This document shows, piece after piece, positions 10,729 through 21,320 of a stretch of DNA of 64,000 nucleotides (its first letter is position 1; every line of letters begins with the position of its first letter). The notes beneath the pieces were generated by a model that saw only the letters and a list, made by a program, of their open reading frames with translations, did not search any database and was not told the origin of the DNA. This DNA comes from Bradymonadia bacterium (GTDB lineage: Bacteria; Myxococcota_A; Bradymonadia; UBA7976; UBA1532). The position numbers and the translations under genes are program-made. The stretch covers positions 288,001 through 352,000 of the forward strand of contig JBKAGE010000034.1 of assembly GCA_046290225.1 (NCBI GenBank), given 5' to 3'.

Positions 10729-10785
10729 CTGCCCATCCCCGCCAGCGGCGGGATCGTCATCTCTCGGGCTCGAGCCCGCCGGGGA

Positions 10786-11007
10786 TCAGCCCCCAGCGCA
10801 GGGGTTCGGGGCATCCTCGTCCGCCGGTGGTGCGTCTTCATCGGCGCCGGGCGCCGCAGCACAAGGGTTCGGGGCGTCTTCGTCGGCAGGCTGAGAGGCC
10901 GGAGCCTCGCCCTTGCCCGCAGTGGCCTCACCAGTGCCGGCCTTCTGGCCTCCACCACAGCCGAGGGGCAGCCAGAGCGAACAGGCGATGATCAAGACGA
11001 TGCGCAT
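10786..11007 (-). CDS. Small lipoprotein with DEDAPNPCA repeats
   Basis: GGAG SD, GC3-rich codons, hydrophobic leader with lipobox PLGC, two ADEDAPNPCA repeats. Confidence 0.6.
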   Translation of the reverse strand: MRIVLIIACSLWLPLGCGGGQKAGTGEATAGKGEAPASQPADEDAPNPCAAAPGADEDAPPADEDAPNPCAGG

Positions 11008-11076
11008 GCAGTCTCCCAGACAGGATTACAGTCAGGATGGTTCAGGGACGCAGCCCTTGCGGAGCCGAATGTAGTC

Positions 11077-11787
11077 TCACTTGATCTCCACCTCAAGGGC
11101 GGTGGTCCGCCCAGGCTCGACCTGGACCGAGTATTCCCCCACAGCACCCCCTTCGAGGGCCTCAAGTCTCAGGTTGTGCGTGCCCACGGGCACCCTGATC
11201 GGATCGAGGGGCGTGGTCCCCAAAACCGCGTGGTCGTCGATGATGACCTTTGCCGGAGGGATCGACTTGATCCGCAGCCGACCTGACTCTCGGGGCAAGA
11301 TCAGCTCGTCGCGATATGCGAGGGTGCCCGCTCGAGACTCCACCATGTCGCGGATGAGCATGATGAGTCGACGGGGGCCAGGGTGAGGGCTGCTCAAAGG
11401 ATCCGAGAACTGAAGGGTGACAGTCTCGCCATCATGTTGCCCTTCGATGCGGTAGGTCACTGCAGGTGTGGCAGCCCCTGTGGAGGCTTTCACCGTGACC
11501 GCGAGACGCATGATCTCGCCGAGGGCTTGCTGAAAATCATCTTCGGCGAGCAGCGCCAGCCCCTGTTGCTGGCCAAAAGGCTCGGGGAACGCCTTGCGGA
11601 CCACCGCCATCCGCGTGCCATGTCGGCTCACCACCTCGTAGGTCACCGAAGAGTAGGGCACCGCAGGGCCAGTGATGGTCATCCGCACCCCATCCGCCGG
11701 TGGGCGACTCGCTGCGACACGGGGTGCGATCATCCCCAGGGCGAGTGCTGCGGCGACGGCTAAATGTACCCCGACGGGGTGGCCCAT
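11077..11787 (-). CDS. Secreted PEGA-domain protein
   Basis: AGGAGG SD, signal peptide, C-terminal GRLRIKSIPPAKVIIDD..LGTTPL..RVPVGTHNLRL PEGA pattern. Confidence 0.8.
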   Translation of the reverse strand: MGHPVGVHLAVAAALALGMIAPRVAASRPPADGVRMTITGPAVPYSSVTYEVVSRHGTRMAVVRKAFPEPFGQQQGLALLAEDDFQQALGEIMRLAVTVKASTGAATPAVTYRIEGQHDGETVTLQFSDPLSSPHPGPRRLIMLIRDMVESRAGTLAYRDELILPRESGRLRIKSIPPAKVIIDDHAVLGTTPLDPIRVPVGTHNLRLEALEGGAVGEYSVQVEPGRTTALEVEIK

Positions 11788-11847
11788 GATTGCCTCCTGG
11801 AGCAGTGGATGTTTTCACGATGCCGCGCCTCTGGCTACATTGAGACC

Positions 11848-12456
11848 ATGAAACCGAGCCATCTGTTCTTCACCTGCGCAATTTCCCTGATCTCGACGGC
11901 TGCCCCTTCAGAGGCTCAGCCACCTGTCCTCACCGAGAGCACGGGACCCCAGCTGAGCCGCGCCCATACGGTGCTCAAGTCGGCCTTGAGCACGCTGGAC
12001 CGTACGCCTGGGCACCGCAAGGCGTTGTCGTCAGCAGTGAAGGCCATCGCGCAGCTTCAAGAGGGCCTCGACGCGTACTTTCACGATCCCGAGTTGACCA
12101 CGGCGGCTCGACGACCCCCCGCGCTGAAAGCCCGTGGAGCAGTTCTGGCGCTCCTCTCACCCCAAGGGGGGCTCTTCACGGTCCAGCTCGATCAAGTCAC
12201 CTTGCAGTCTGCCCCCCTCGACACTTTGCTGAGAGGGGCCCTGCGCCAGAAACGTTCCAAACTTGCCGCGAGGTTCCTGGAGCAGAAGCTCGTCGTAGAC
12301 GGCCCTTCGGAGGACACCCTCACCCAGCTCGCAGGCCTCTATCGCACGCTCGGCCAGCGTCGCTCTGCAGAGGCCGCTCGCCTGGCCCTCGCTGATTTGA
12401 GATCACAGCTCGAGGATGGACAGCCGGCGGTGGACGATCCGAAACCGACGCCCTGA
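11848..12456 (+). CDS. Hypothetical secreted helical protein (TPR-like C-terminus)
   Basis: Signal-peptide-like MKPSHLFFTCAISLISTAAPSEAQ; C-terminal LAGLYRTLGQRRSAEAA. The 3' end overlaps the cytochrome gene. Confidence 0.55.
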   Translation: MKPSHLFFTCAISLISTAAPSEAQPPVLTESTGPQLSRAHTVLKSALSTLDRTPGHRKALSSAVKAIAQLQEGLDAYFHDPELTTAARRPPALKARGAVLALLSPQGGLFTVQLDQVTLQSAPLDTLLRGALRQKRSKLAARFLEQKLVVDGPSEDTLTQLAGLYRTLGQRRSAEAARLALADLRSQLEDGQPAVDDPKPTP

Positions 12457-14163
12457 AGCCTCCTGCCACGCCGAGGTGAAGGCCGCCTGTCGGCCAGGAT
12501 CAGGATCATCGCGTCGCTTCGAAAAGAAGCGCCCATAAAACCAGTCGGGGAAGAACCACAGCTCCGCTTCGAGTGTGACGGCGCCCTCACCGAGGGCCTG
12601 ATGGTATCGCCACTGCCGACGCTCTCCGGGCGGAATGCGGGTGTCGGCGACGGTGCGCCATTGCCCCTTCGAGAAGCGCATCGTGCGTCCCACCGCCCAG
12701 GTCTTCTCGGTGCCCTCGACGATCTCTCCGCCTGCAGTGAGCAACCTCACCCGCAGCACACCTCTGGGCGTCGCCGTCGTCGGCCACCAGTGCCCTGCCC
12801 CCACATTGCTCACGTCGATCGTGGCATTGATGGCTCCGCCCACCTGAGATGTCGAGATCTCCACTTCTACCGATTGCGCCACCGTGGCGGGATCGTGGGC
12901 GCCGAGCCAGCGATGGTCCCCTTGAGGCATGTGACAGTGCTGGCACTGCACGCCGGCGGCCATATAGGGGCTCGCGGCCCATTCTCGCCATGTGTCCAGG
13001 AGGGGTCGTCCCTCTACGGCCACTGAGAGCGGCAGGTTGTGGCAGGGCATGCACATCTCGCTGCGGCCCATGGCGGGCACCTCACGTGGCTGCATGACGT
13101 GGGATGCCTTCCCTTCTGATGCGTTCGCGGCGATCTTGCCATCTGGGCGTAGATGGCACGCAGCGCACGTGACCCCTTCAGCCCTGAAGGCCGCCGCCCC
13201 TCCACGTCGCTCTGAAGGATCAATGGAGGACACAGGCTGTGTGGGTTGCTGATCTGCGAGCGGGCTGTGGCATCGGGTGCATTGACCGATCCAGGCCAGC
13301 GACTCGCCGATGTACTGGCCCTCCACCCCTACCCCGCCAGCAAGCCCATGTCGGCTCTGGGTCCATTGCTCATGTTGCTTGGGATGGCACCTTCCACATC
13401 GCGCCGCCAACGGTCTACGCAGGACCGGCAGATCACCGGGGCTCTCAGTGACGATGGGCGTCTTTGGCCAGAGGAAGGTCCGATGGCGGGTGGGTGTGTA
13501 CCCTTGTGGGGGCACACGCGGTGCCGTCGTGATGTGTCGTCGGTTGTGGAGAATCCATGCCGCAAGCCCCCTCCGCGTCTCCATGCTGAGGTGAGCGTAC
13601 GTCCCCATCGGACTCCCTGGGCGCCCTTCGGATATGGCCCGCACGATGGATTGGAGATCGTCACCCTTTTTCAGAGGTTGTTCAAAGAGACTGTAGAGAT
13701 CCGCCGGTGTTCCATCATCATTTTTCAAGTTTTGCTTCATCTCGTTGCCGCCTGCGTGGCACCCAACGCATCCCTGTGTCAGCCAAGCCTCCTTCCCCAG
13801 CTCCACGGCACGGCCTCTGGCGGCCTCTGAGTCGAATGGCTCTACGATGACCTCAGGGTGGGTGGCAGGCGACATCGTGGATCGACGTTGATTGATCCAC
13901 GTCACCAGTTGCTCGATCGTCTCGTCGTCGAGGTGAGCGCCAAAGGCGGGCATGCCCGTACCCGGGATCCCCCGACGAATGATGTCCGCCATCTCCCCGG
14001 TGTCTCTGGACAGCTTCAATGGTGCATCAATGAGGTTGGCCGGCTGTGGCCAGTAGAGATGCGCGGCCACCCCATCGCCTCGGCCCTCCGAGCCGTGACA
14101 TGGCGCACAACGCGTGGCCCAGGGGCTCGGCGCCGCAAGGCCGAGCACGAGCAAGAAGATCAC
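12403..14163 (-). CDS. Secreted multiheme cytochrome c (7 CxxCH motifs)
   Basis: CAPCH, CVGCH, CGRCH, CTRCH, CAACH, CMPCH, CQHCH. The first two sit in class-I-like domains with a distal Met (GTGMPAF, GSPMG). Short signal peptide; GTG start overlaps the DGC stop. Confidence 0.9.
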   Translation of the reverse strand: MIFLLVLGLAAPSPWATRCAPCHGSEGRGDGVAAHLYWPQPANLIDAPLKLSRDTGEMADIIRRGIPGTGMPAFGAHLDDETIEQLVTWINQRRSTMSPATHPEVIVEPFDSEAARGRAVELGKEAWLTQGCVGCHAGGNEMKQNLKNDDGTPADLYSLFEQPLKKGDDLQSIVRAISEGRPGSPMGTYAHLSMETRRGLAAWILHNRRHITTAPRVPPQGYTPTRHRTFLWPKTPIVTESPGDLPVLRRPLAARCGRCHPKQHEQWTQSRHGLAGGVGVEGQYIGESLAWIGQCTRCHSPLADQQPTQPVSSIDPSERRGGAAAFRAEGVTCAACHLRPDGKIAANASEGKASHVMQPREVPAMGRSEMCMPCHNLPLSVAVEGRPLLDTWREWAASPYMAAGVQCQHCHMPQGDHRWLGAHDPATVAQSVEVEISTSQVGGAINATIDVSNVGAGHWWPTTATPRGVLRVRLLTAGGEIVEGTEKTWAVGRTMRFSKGQWRTVADTRIPPGERRQWRYHQALGEGAVTLEAELWFFPDWFYGRFFSKRRDDPDPGRQAAFTSAWQEASGRRFRIVHRRLSILEL

Positions 14164-15140
14164 GTCGATTCGAGCAGAGCGTCGAGTTCAGGTCGGTACA
14201 CAGTCACTCGGTCTCGTCCGCCGGCTTTGGACGCATACAGGGCGAGATCTGCGCGCTTGAGGATGGTCTCCAGATCGCGACAGGCACCCTTGGCACCGCC
14301 AGCCACCCCCATACTCAAGGTGATGTAGACCTCATTCTGGCCCATCCGGAAGGCGGTCATGGCCACCAGCCCGCGCAAGCGCTCGGCCACCTCTGCGGCC
14401 TCCGACTCTGTGGAGCCGGGCAATGCGATGACGAACTCGTCACCACCGTACCGACACAGAATGTCGATCTCCCTGAGGTTGGCGACGAGGATGCGGGCCA
14501 CCTCTTTGATGACGTAGCTGCCCATGGCGTGGCCACAGGAGTCGTTCACCTTTTTGAAGTGATCGCAGTCGAAGAAGATGACCGAGACAGGGATGTCGAA
14601 CCGCTCGATGCGCTCAAGCTCGACAGAGAGCCGACGCTTGAATTCCCGCTGGTTGCACAGCCCGGTGAGATCATCACTCACCGAGAGGGCGTGCAGGCGG
14701 CGATTGGCAGCGAGGACTTCGTCCTGAAGCCTCTTCATACGCCACATGACCTCGAGGCGGAGCGCCAGCTCGAACAGCTCGAACGGACGAATCAGGAAGT
14801 CGTCGGCCCCCTGCTGAAATGCCTTGATGATGTGGCCGGCGATCTTCTCCGGGAACAGAGCCACCACGGGCACGAACCGATCCTCGGGGATCATCTGCTT
14901 GATGCGGGTGAGATCGTCGAGGGGATCCACCATGTCTTCGGAGGCGACATCGATGGCCACCAGCTGAGGCTCGCTGCGGGTGATGGCCCGCCAGAGTGAC
15001 GGGCCAGGGGTGGCGGTGGCCACACTGTAGTTACGGGCACCGAGGGCGGCGCTCAGATGGCCGAGGACTTCGAGATCACGCCCGACGAGCAAGAGCCGAC
15101 GTTGAGGCAGACCCTGGTCATCACCTGAGGGGGCGCTCAC
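14160..15140 (-). CDS. Diguanylate cyclase with an atypical N-terminal receiver domain
   Basis: DDLTGLCN, DCDHFKKVND..GH..G, REID I-site, RYGGDEF, ADLALYASKAGGRDR. REC-like N-terminus ending GADDFLIRPF. Confidence 0.92.
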   Translation of the reverse strand: MSAPSGDDQGLPQRRLLLVGRDLEVLGHLSAALGARNYSVATATPGPSLWRAITRSEPQLVAIDVASEDMVDPLDDLTRIKQMIPEDRFVPVVALFPEKIAGHIIKAFQQGADDFLIRPFELFELALRLEVMWRMKRLQDEVLAANRRLHALSVSDDLTGLCNQREFKRRLSVELERIERFDIPVSVIFFDCDHFKKVNDSCGHAMGSYVIKEVARILVANLREIDILCRYGGDEFVIALPGSTESEAAEVAERLRGLVAMTAFRMGQNEVYITLSMGVAGGAKGACRDLETILKRADLALYASKAGGRDRVTVYRPELDALLEST

Positions 15141-15147
15141 CGCCCCC

Positions 15148-17829
15148 TCACTCGAAGCTCTTGCAGCAACGGAAGCCCACAGTGCTCGAGCTGCTGCCCC
15201 CGCCGCGGCGCTCGCTCCCGTTGCAGGAGACGTCCTCGTCCGCGTCGGCGGAGGTGCCCCCTCGGACGCGCTGATCGCTGGTCCACTCGGCGACGTTGCC
15301 GCTCATGTCATATACCCCGAAGCCGCTCCGACACTTCTTGAAGCGCCCACTGCTCGTCACCGAGCGCTCTTCTTCATCGTCATCTTCGGTGTTGCAGCGG
15401 TTGGGGTTGAAGCTTCCGCCGTAAGGGTAGGCTCGCCCGGCGCCACAGGCCCGCTTCCACTCGGAGCCAGAGCACAGACGCTTGCCCTTGGAGGCGCACA
15501 TGCCCTTCGCCGCCGCAAAGGTGACGCGGGTCTTGGGGCGACCGCTGCCGGGATACTCATAGGTGTCTACGCAGAACGCCTTGCCGGACTTCGCCGCCGA
15601 CACGGCTTCGGTGCCCTTGATGACCCCGCGCTTCAGGGCCTTCTTCGGGAATCCGCCGAGGGTGACCACCTTCATCTCGCTCGGGCACTGCAGGGTGTCG
15701 TCGGTGTTCGCCGGAGCGGGCTTGTCCTCTTCTGCGGGGCTGGGCTTCTCCTCAGCCACAGCACGCCTGGCAGGTGCAGGCTCTTCCTTCGGCGCAGGCT
15801 TTTCCACCACGGGGGCCTTCGCCACGGGCGCCTTGGCAACAGGCTCCTCTTTCGGTGCCGGCTTCGGCGTCTCCACCGGATCCTGCTTGGGGGGCTCCTC
15901 TTTCACCGTGGAAGGCTTCGGCGCACGCCGTGTGGGGCTCGCCGGTCGCACGGTGGCAGCCACAGCATCCGGGGCTTCTTTCGAAGGTGCTACTTGAGGG
16001 GCTGCGGCGATCGGCTCGGGCTTTGCGGGCTCAGGTACGGCAACCGGCTCCGGCGCGACGGGCTCGGGCTTGACGGGCTCGGGCTGGGGAGGCTCCACAG
16101 CGACCACCGTCGGTGCAGCATCTGGGGTGTTCTCCGCCACCGTGGCGGCATCAGGGGTGGCGACCGCGACAGTGCCAGCATCGGCCACCACTGCGGGTTG
16201 AGGCACCACGGTCGGCGCCTCAGGCGTCGCCTTGCTCGGAGGATCAGTCAGCGTCTTTCGCACGACTGTGTCAGGATCATCGCCGATGGTCACCACCTGA
16301 GCGGCAGGGGCATCTGTAGAGGTGAGGCTGCGGATCAACCACCAGGCACCACCACCGACAACACCGACGACCATGAGCACGATGAGGCTGAAGCCCACGG
16401 TGGATTCGAGCAACCACGGCAAGGGGCGCTCCACCCCCCGAGCTGGTGTCACCTCAGTGGACGCGCTCCGACCTGTGGCTGCCCCCTCTGCAGGCACCAC
16501 CGCAGCAGGCTCGAGATCGAGCTCTGGAGGCGGGGCAAGATCGACATTGGCCATCATCGGGCCTGCGGCGGGCGCGTCGACCATGGGTGTACCCATGGAC
16601 GCGTCAGAACTTTCGATGAGGGCGTCGAGCTCCTCGCCGCCGAGCTCTTCGATGAAGGACTCTTCCGCCTCGGCCATGGGCGCCGGGCTGCCCGCTCGAG
16701 CAGCACTCGCCGCCACGAGGCCTGCCGCCTGCGCCATGCCCAGATGCGTGCTCTTGATGTCTGCAGGCTCGTCCACGACGTCGTGGCGCATGCGCACCTT
16801 GCGGGTCACCTCTTCAGGGAGCAGCTCTTCCACCGCCTCGATGTCCACGGAGCTGAGCTCCACGGCATCGACAAGCGTACCCAGAGACTCCGCGAAGGCC
16901 TCGACATCACCGAAGCGCTTCGTCGGATCAGGGTCACACGCCTGCTTGATGAGGGCCTCGAGGGCGTCGACGTCGCCTTCGATCTCGTCGGCGAAGTCGG
17001 TCATGGGTGGCGCATCAGGTGCGTATACCTGACCCGTGAGCAGCTCATAGAGCAGCGCGCCGAGGCTGAAGATGTCCGCCCGGGTATCTACAGAGCGGCC
17101 CTCCAAAATCTCCGGCGCGAGGTAGGCGTCCACCTTGGCTTCGCGCTGCGCCTGGGCAAAGACAGCGCGGGGCAACGCCTCGTACATGGCGAAGTCGGTG
17201 AGCTTGAGCACGTCGGGCAGGATCAGCACATTCTCAGGCTTGAGATCGCCGTGGGCGGTATGGCGATGGGCATGACCGAGGGCGAGGCAAATCTGGCCGA
17301 GGATGGGCTCCGCCTCGAACAGCCGGAACCGCTGCCCCTTCTCTCGCCTCAGCCCCATGACCTTGCGCAGCGTGAGGCCTTCGAGCAGCTGCATGGTGAA
17401 CATATGCTGCCCATCGACGATGAGCTCATCGTACAGCCGCACGATGTTCTGTTGAGACAGCTTGCGCGCCTTGCGCACCGCACGGCAGAGCTCTTCCACC
17501 TCGGCAGCCTCGAGGTCTTCCACCAGGCTGCGGTGGATCACCTTGAGGGCGACGTCTTCTTCGATCTCCTGATCATGGACGCGATACACCACCCCCAGGG
17601 GGCCGGTGCCCACCAGATCTTTGATCTCGTAGCGCGCGTTGATGACCTCGCCGATGGGAAACTGAAGGGATTCAGCCGCCTGGCGGGCACGAAGCTTACG
17701 CTTCTCCAACGCCTTGAACGAGGTGGTGGTGGCGGTGAAGGTCTTTCGACCGCCCATGAAACGCTGGCCGCAGTTGGGGCACTCAGGGGTGCCATCTGCG
17801 ACGTCGGTGCCGCACCGGAAACAAATCAC
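15148..17829 (-). CDS. Membrane Ser/Thr protein kinase with N-terminal zinc ribbon and C-terminal FGE/SUMF1-like domain
   Basis: CFRC...CPNC ribbon; VGTGPLGVVY, VALKVI, HGDLKPEN, TDFA, YLAPE, DIFSLG; one TM helix; Pro/Ala linker; GKRLCSGSEW and FGVYDMSGNVAEW FGE motifs. Confidence 0.88.
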   Translation of the reverse strand: MICFRCGTDVADGTPECPNCGQRFMGGRKTFTATTTSFKALEKRKLRARQAAESLQFPIGEVINARYEIKDLVGTGPLGVVYRVHDQEIEEDVALKVIHRSLVEDLEAAEVEELCRAVRKARKLSQQNIVRLYDELIVDGQHMFTMQLLEGLTLRKVMGLRREKGQRFRLFEAEPILGQICLALGHAHRHTAHGDLKPENVLILPDVLKLTDFAMYEALPRAVFAQAQREAKVDAYLAPEILEGRSVDTRADIFSLGALLYELLTGQVYAPDAPPMTDFADEIEGDVDALEALIKQACDPDPTKRFGDVEAFAESLGTLVDAVELSSVDIEAVEELLPEEVTRKVRMRHDVVDEPADIKSTHLGMAQAAGLVAASAARAGSPAPMAEAEESFIEELGGEELDALIESSDASMGTPMVDAPAAGPMMANVDLAPPPELDLEPAAVVPAEGAATGRSASTEVTPARGVERPLPWLLESTVGFSLIVLMVVGVVGGGAWWLIRSLTSTDAPAAQVVTIGDDPDTVVRKTLTDPPSKATPEAPTVVPQPAVVADAGTVAVATPDAATVAENTPDAAPTVVAVEPPQPEPVKPEPVAPEPVAVPEPAKPEPIAAAPQVAPSKEAPDAVAATVRPASPTRRAPKPSTVKEEPPKQDPVETPKPAPKEEPVAKAPVAKAPVVEKPAPKEEPAPARRAVAEEKPSPAEEDKPAPANTDDTLQCPSEMKVVTLGGFPKKALKRGVIKGTEAVSAAKSGKAFCVDTYEYPGSGRPKTRVTFAAAKGMCASKGKRLCSGSEWKRACGAGRAYPYGGSFNPNRCNTEDDDEEERSVTSSGRFKKCRSGFGVYDMSGNVAEWTSDQRVRGGTSADADEDVSCNGSERRGGGSSSSTVGFRCCKSFE

Positions 17830-17919
17830 CGACCATGCCTCCGAGATTCGGGAGAATTCGTGGCTTATTAGCAGAGTAGAGCGTCGACCATCAAGGGCGA
17901 CCCATTGCCCATACTACGG

Positions 17920-18384
17920 TCACTGGCGGCCAGTGTGTCCGAAACCCCCTGCCCCTCTGTCGGTGGCGTCGAGGGTCTCCACGGCCACTGAGGTCACCGC
18001 GCCGACGGCGGTGACCACGAGCTGGGCGATTCGATCGCCGCGGACGAGGGTGATCGGCGCATCCCCGTGGTTCACGAGGAGCACCTCCACAGGGCCGCGA
18101 TAGTCGGCATCCAGGGTGCCCGGTGAGTTGAGGCACGTGAGCCCCATACGCCAGGCATTGCCCGAGCGCGGCCGGATCTGCCCCTCGGTGCCTTGGGGCA
18201 AGGCCATGGCCCAGCCCGTAGGCACGCGAACACGCTCGCCGGGCCCCAGAGTCAGGGGCGCCCGCAGGGCAGCACGTAGATCGATGCCCGCGGCACCAGC
18301 GCTCTGGGCAGAAGGCAACGGAATGGGGTGGGGATCAGCGCCGGCGGGCAATCGCCGGCACTGGAGGGTGAGGGTGTCGCTCAA
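17920..18384 (-). CDS. dut: dUTP diphosphatase
   Basis: [43 protein letters not shown]. Confidence 0.97.
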   Translation of the reverse strand: MSDTLTLQCRRLPAGADPHPIPLPSAQSAGAAGIDLRAALRAPLTLGPGERVRVPTGWAMALPQGTEGQIRPRSGNAWRMGLTCLNSPGTLDADYRGPVEVLLVNHGDAPITLVRGDRIAQLVVTAVGAVTSVAVETLDATDRGAGGFGHTGRQ

Positions 18385-18390
18385 GGCAGA

Positions 18391-20502
<2,112 letters not shown>

Positions 20503-20896
20503 GCGTTCGCTCCTCAATGTGCCTCGGACTTCAGTGAAACGATCCGAGACGAGTGGGTGGGTACACAGAGGTGCCACCTGCGTGAGGGCGATCTCGCGGC
20601 GGGACAAGACCAGACGAGTGCGACAGCCTGGTCCCTGATCCCACAGGCCCGCGCTCAACTGCGCGGGCCGGTCGGATCAAGGGCAAAGTCGGCCGCCTTC
20701 GCCGCGTGCTCTCGTTCCGCTGTCGATCACGACAACGACTTCAGGTGGGCCCCCTTGGGCCCCATTTTCATCATGCGCCCCCGTGGGCGCACAGCTGACA
20801 GTCACAGGTCTTCGCCGGCCCGAGGGAATGCTCCAGGAAAGCGACGCTGGGCAACATCTCGAACAGGCGATGACTTCGCCCTCTCTGGGGCGAGAA

Positions 20897-20922
20897 TAAA
20901 AAAAGGAGCCCGGAGGCTCCTT
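20897..20922 (-). terminator. Rho-independent terminator after rpsO
   Basis: Minus strand AAGGAGCC-TCCG-GGCTCCTT followed by a T run, just downstream of the rpsO stop. Confidence 0.85.
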
Positions 20923-20933
20923 GTACGCTGACC

Positions 20934-21203
20934 TTACTTACGCAGGCCGAGCTCTTTGATCAGCACGCGGTAGCGCTCGACGTCCTTACCCTTGAGGTAG
21001 TCGAGCATACGGCGACGCTGGCCCACGAGCTTGAGCAGACCCCGGCGGGAGTGATGGTCGTGCTTGTGGGACTTGAAGTGCGCGGTGAGATCGTTGATGC
21101 GCTGGGTCATGAGCGCCACCTGCACCTCGGGGGAGCCGGTGTCGTTCTCGTCCCGCTTGAAGCGGCTGATGATCTCGGCCTTCATATCGCGATCGAGCGG
21201 CAT
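20934..21203 (-). CDS. rpsO: 30S ribosomal protein S15
   Basis: [30 protein letters not shown]. Confidence 0.98.
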   Translation of the reverse strand: MPLDRDMKAEIISRFKRDENDTGSPEVQVALMTQRINDLTAHFKSHKHDHHSRRGLLKLVGQRRRMLDYLKGKDVERYRVLIKELGLRK

Positions 21204-21320
21204 AATTTACTCCGTTTCATCTGATGTCACCTTCTCGAGGTGACGGGTTGATGGACCGGGCCGTCGTCCAGTCCATCATGTGTTTGCGGGCCGGTTGGTA
21301 ATCCAATCGACCCCCTGATG

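Noticed and set aside
10719..10958. 79-aa ORF whose stop overlaps an ATG near the TPR gene start
   Set aside because: Arg/Pro-rich off-frame reading of the lipoprotein gene, which has the better SD, signal peptide and codon bias.
12403..12456. Convergent 3' overlaps here and at 45521-45569
   Set aside because: Short tail-to-tail overlaps are common in GC-rich genomes; no sign of function.
20678..20710. GGGCAAAG resembling a c-di-GMP-I riboswitch start
   Set aside because: No GNRA/receptor second stem, and it is on the strand opposite pnp.
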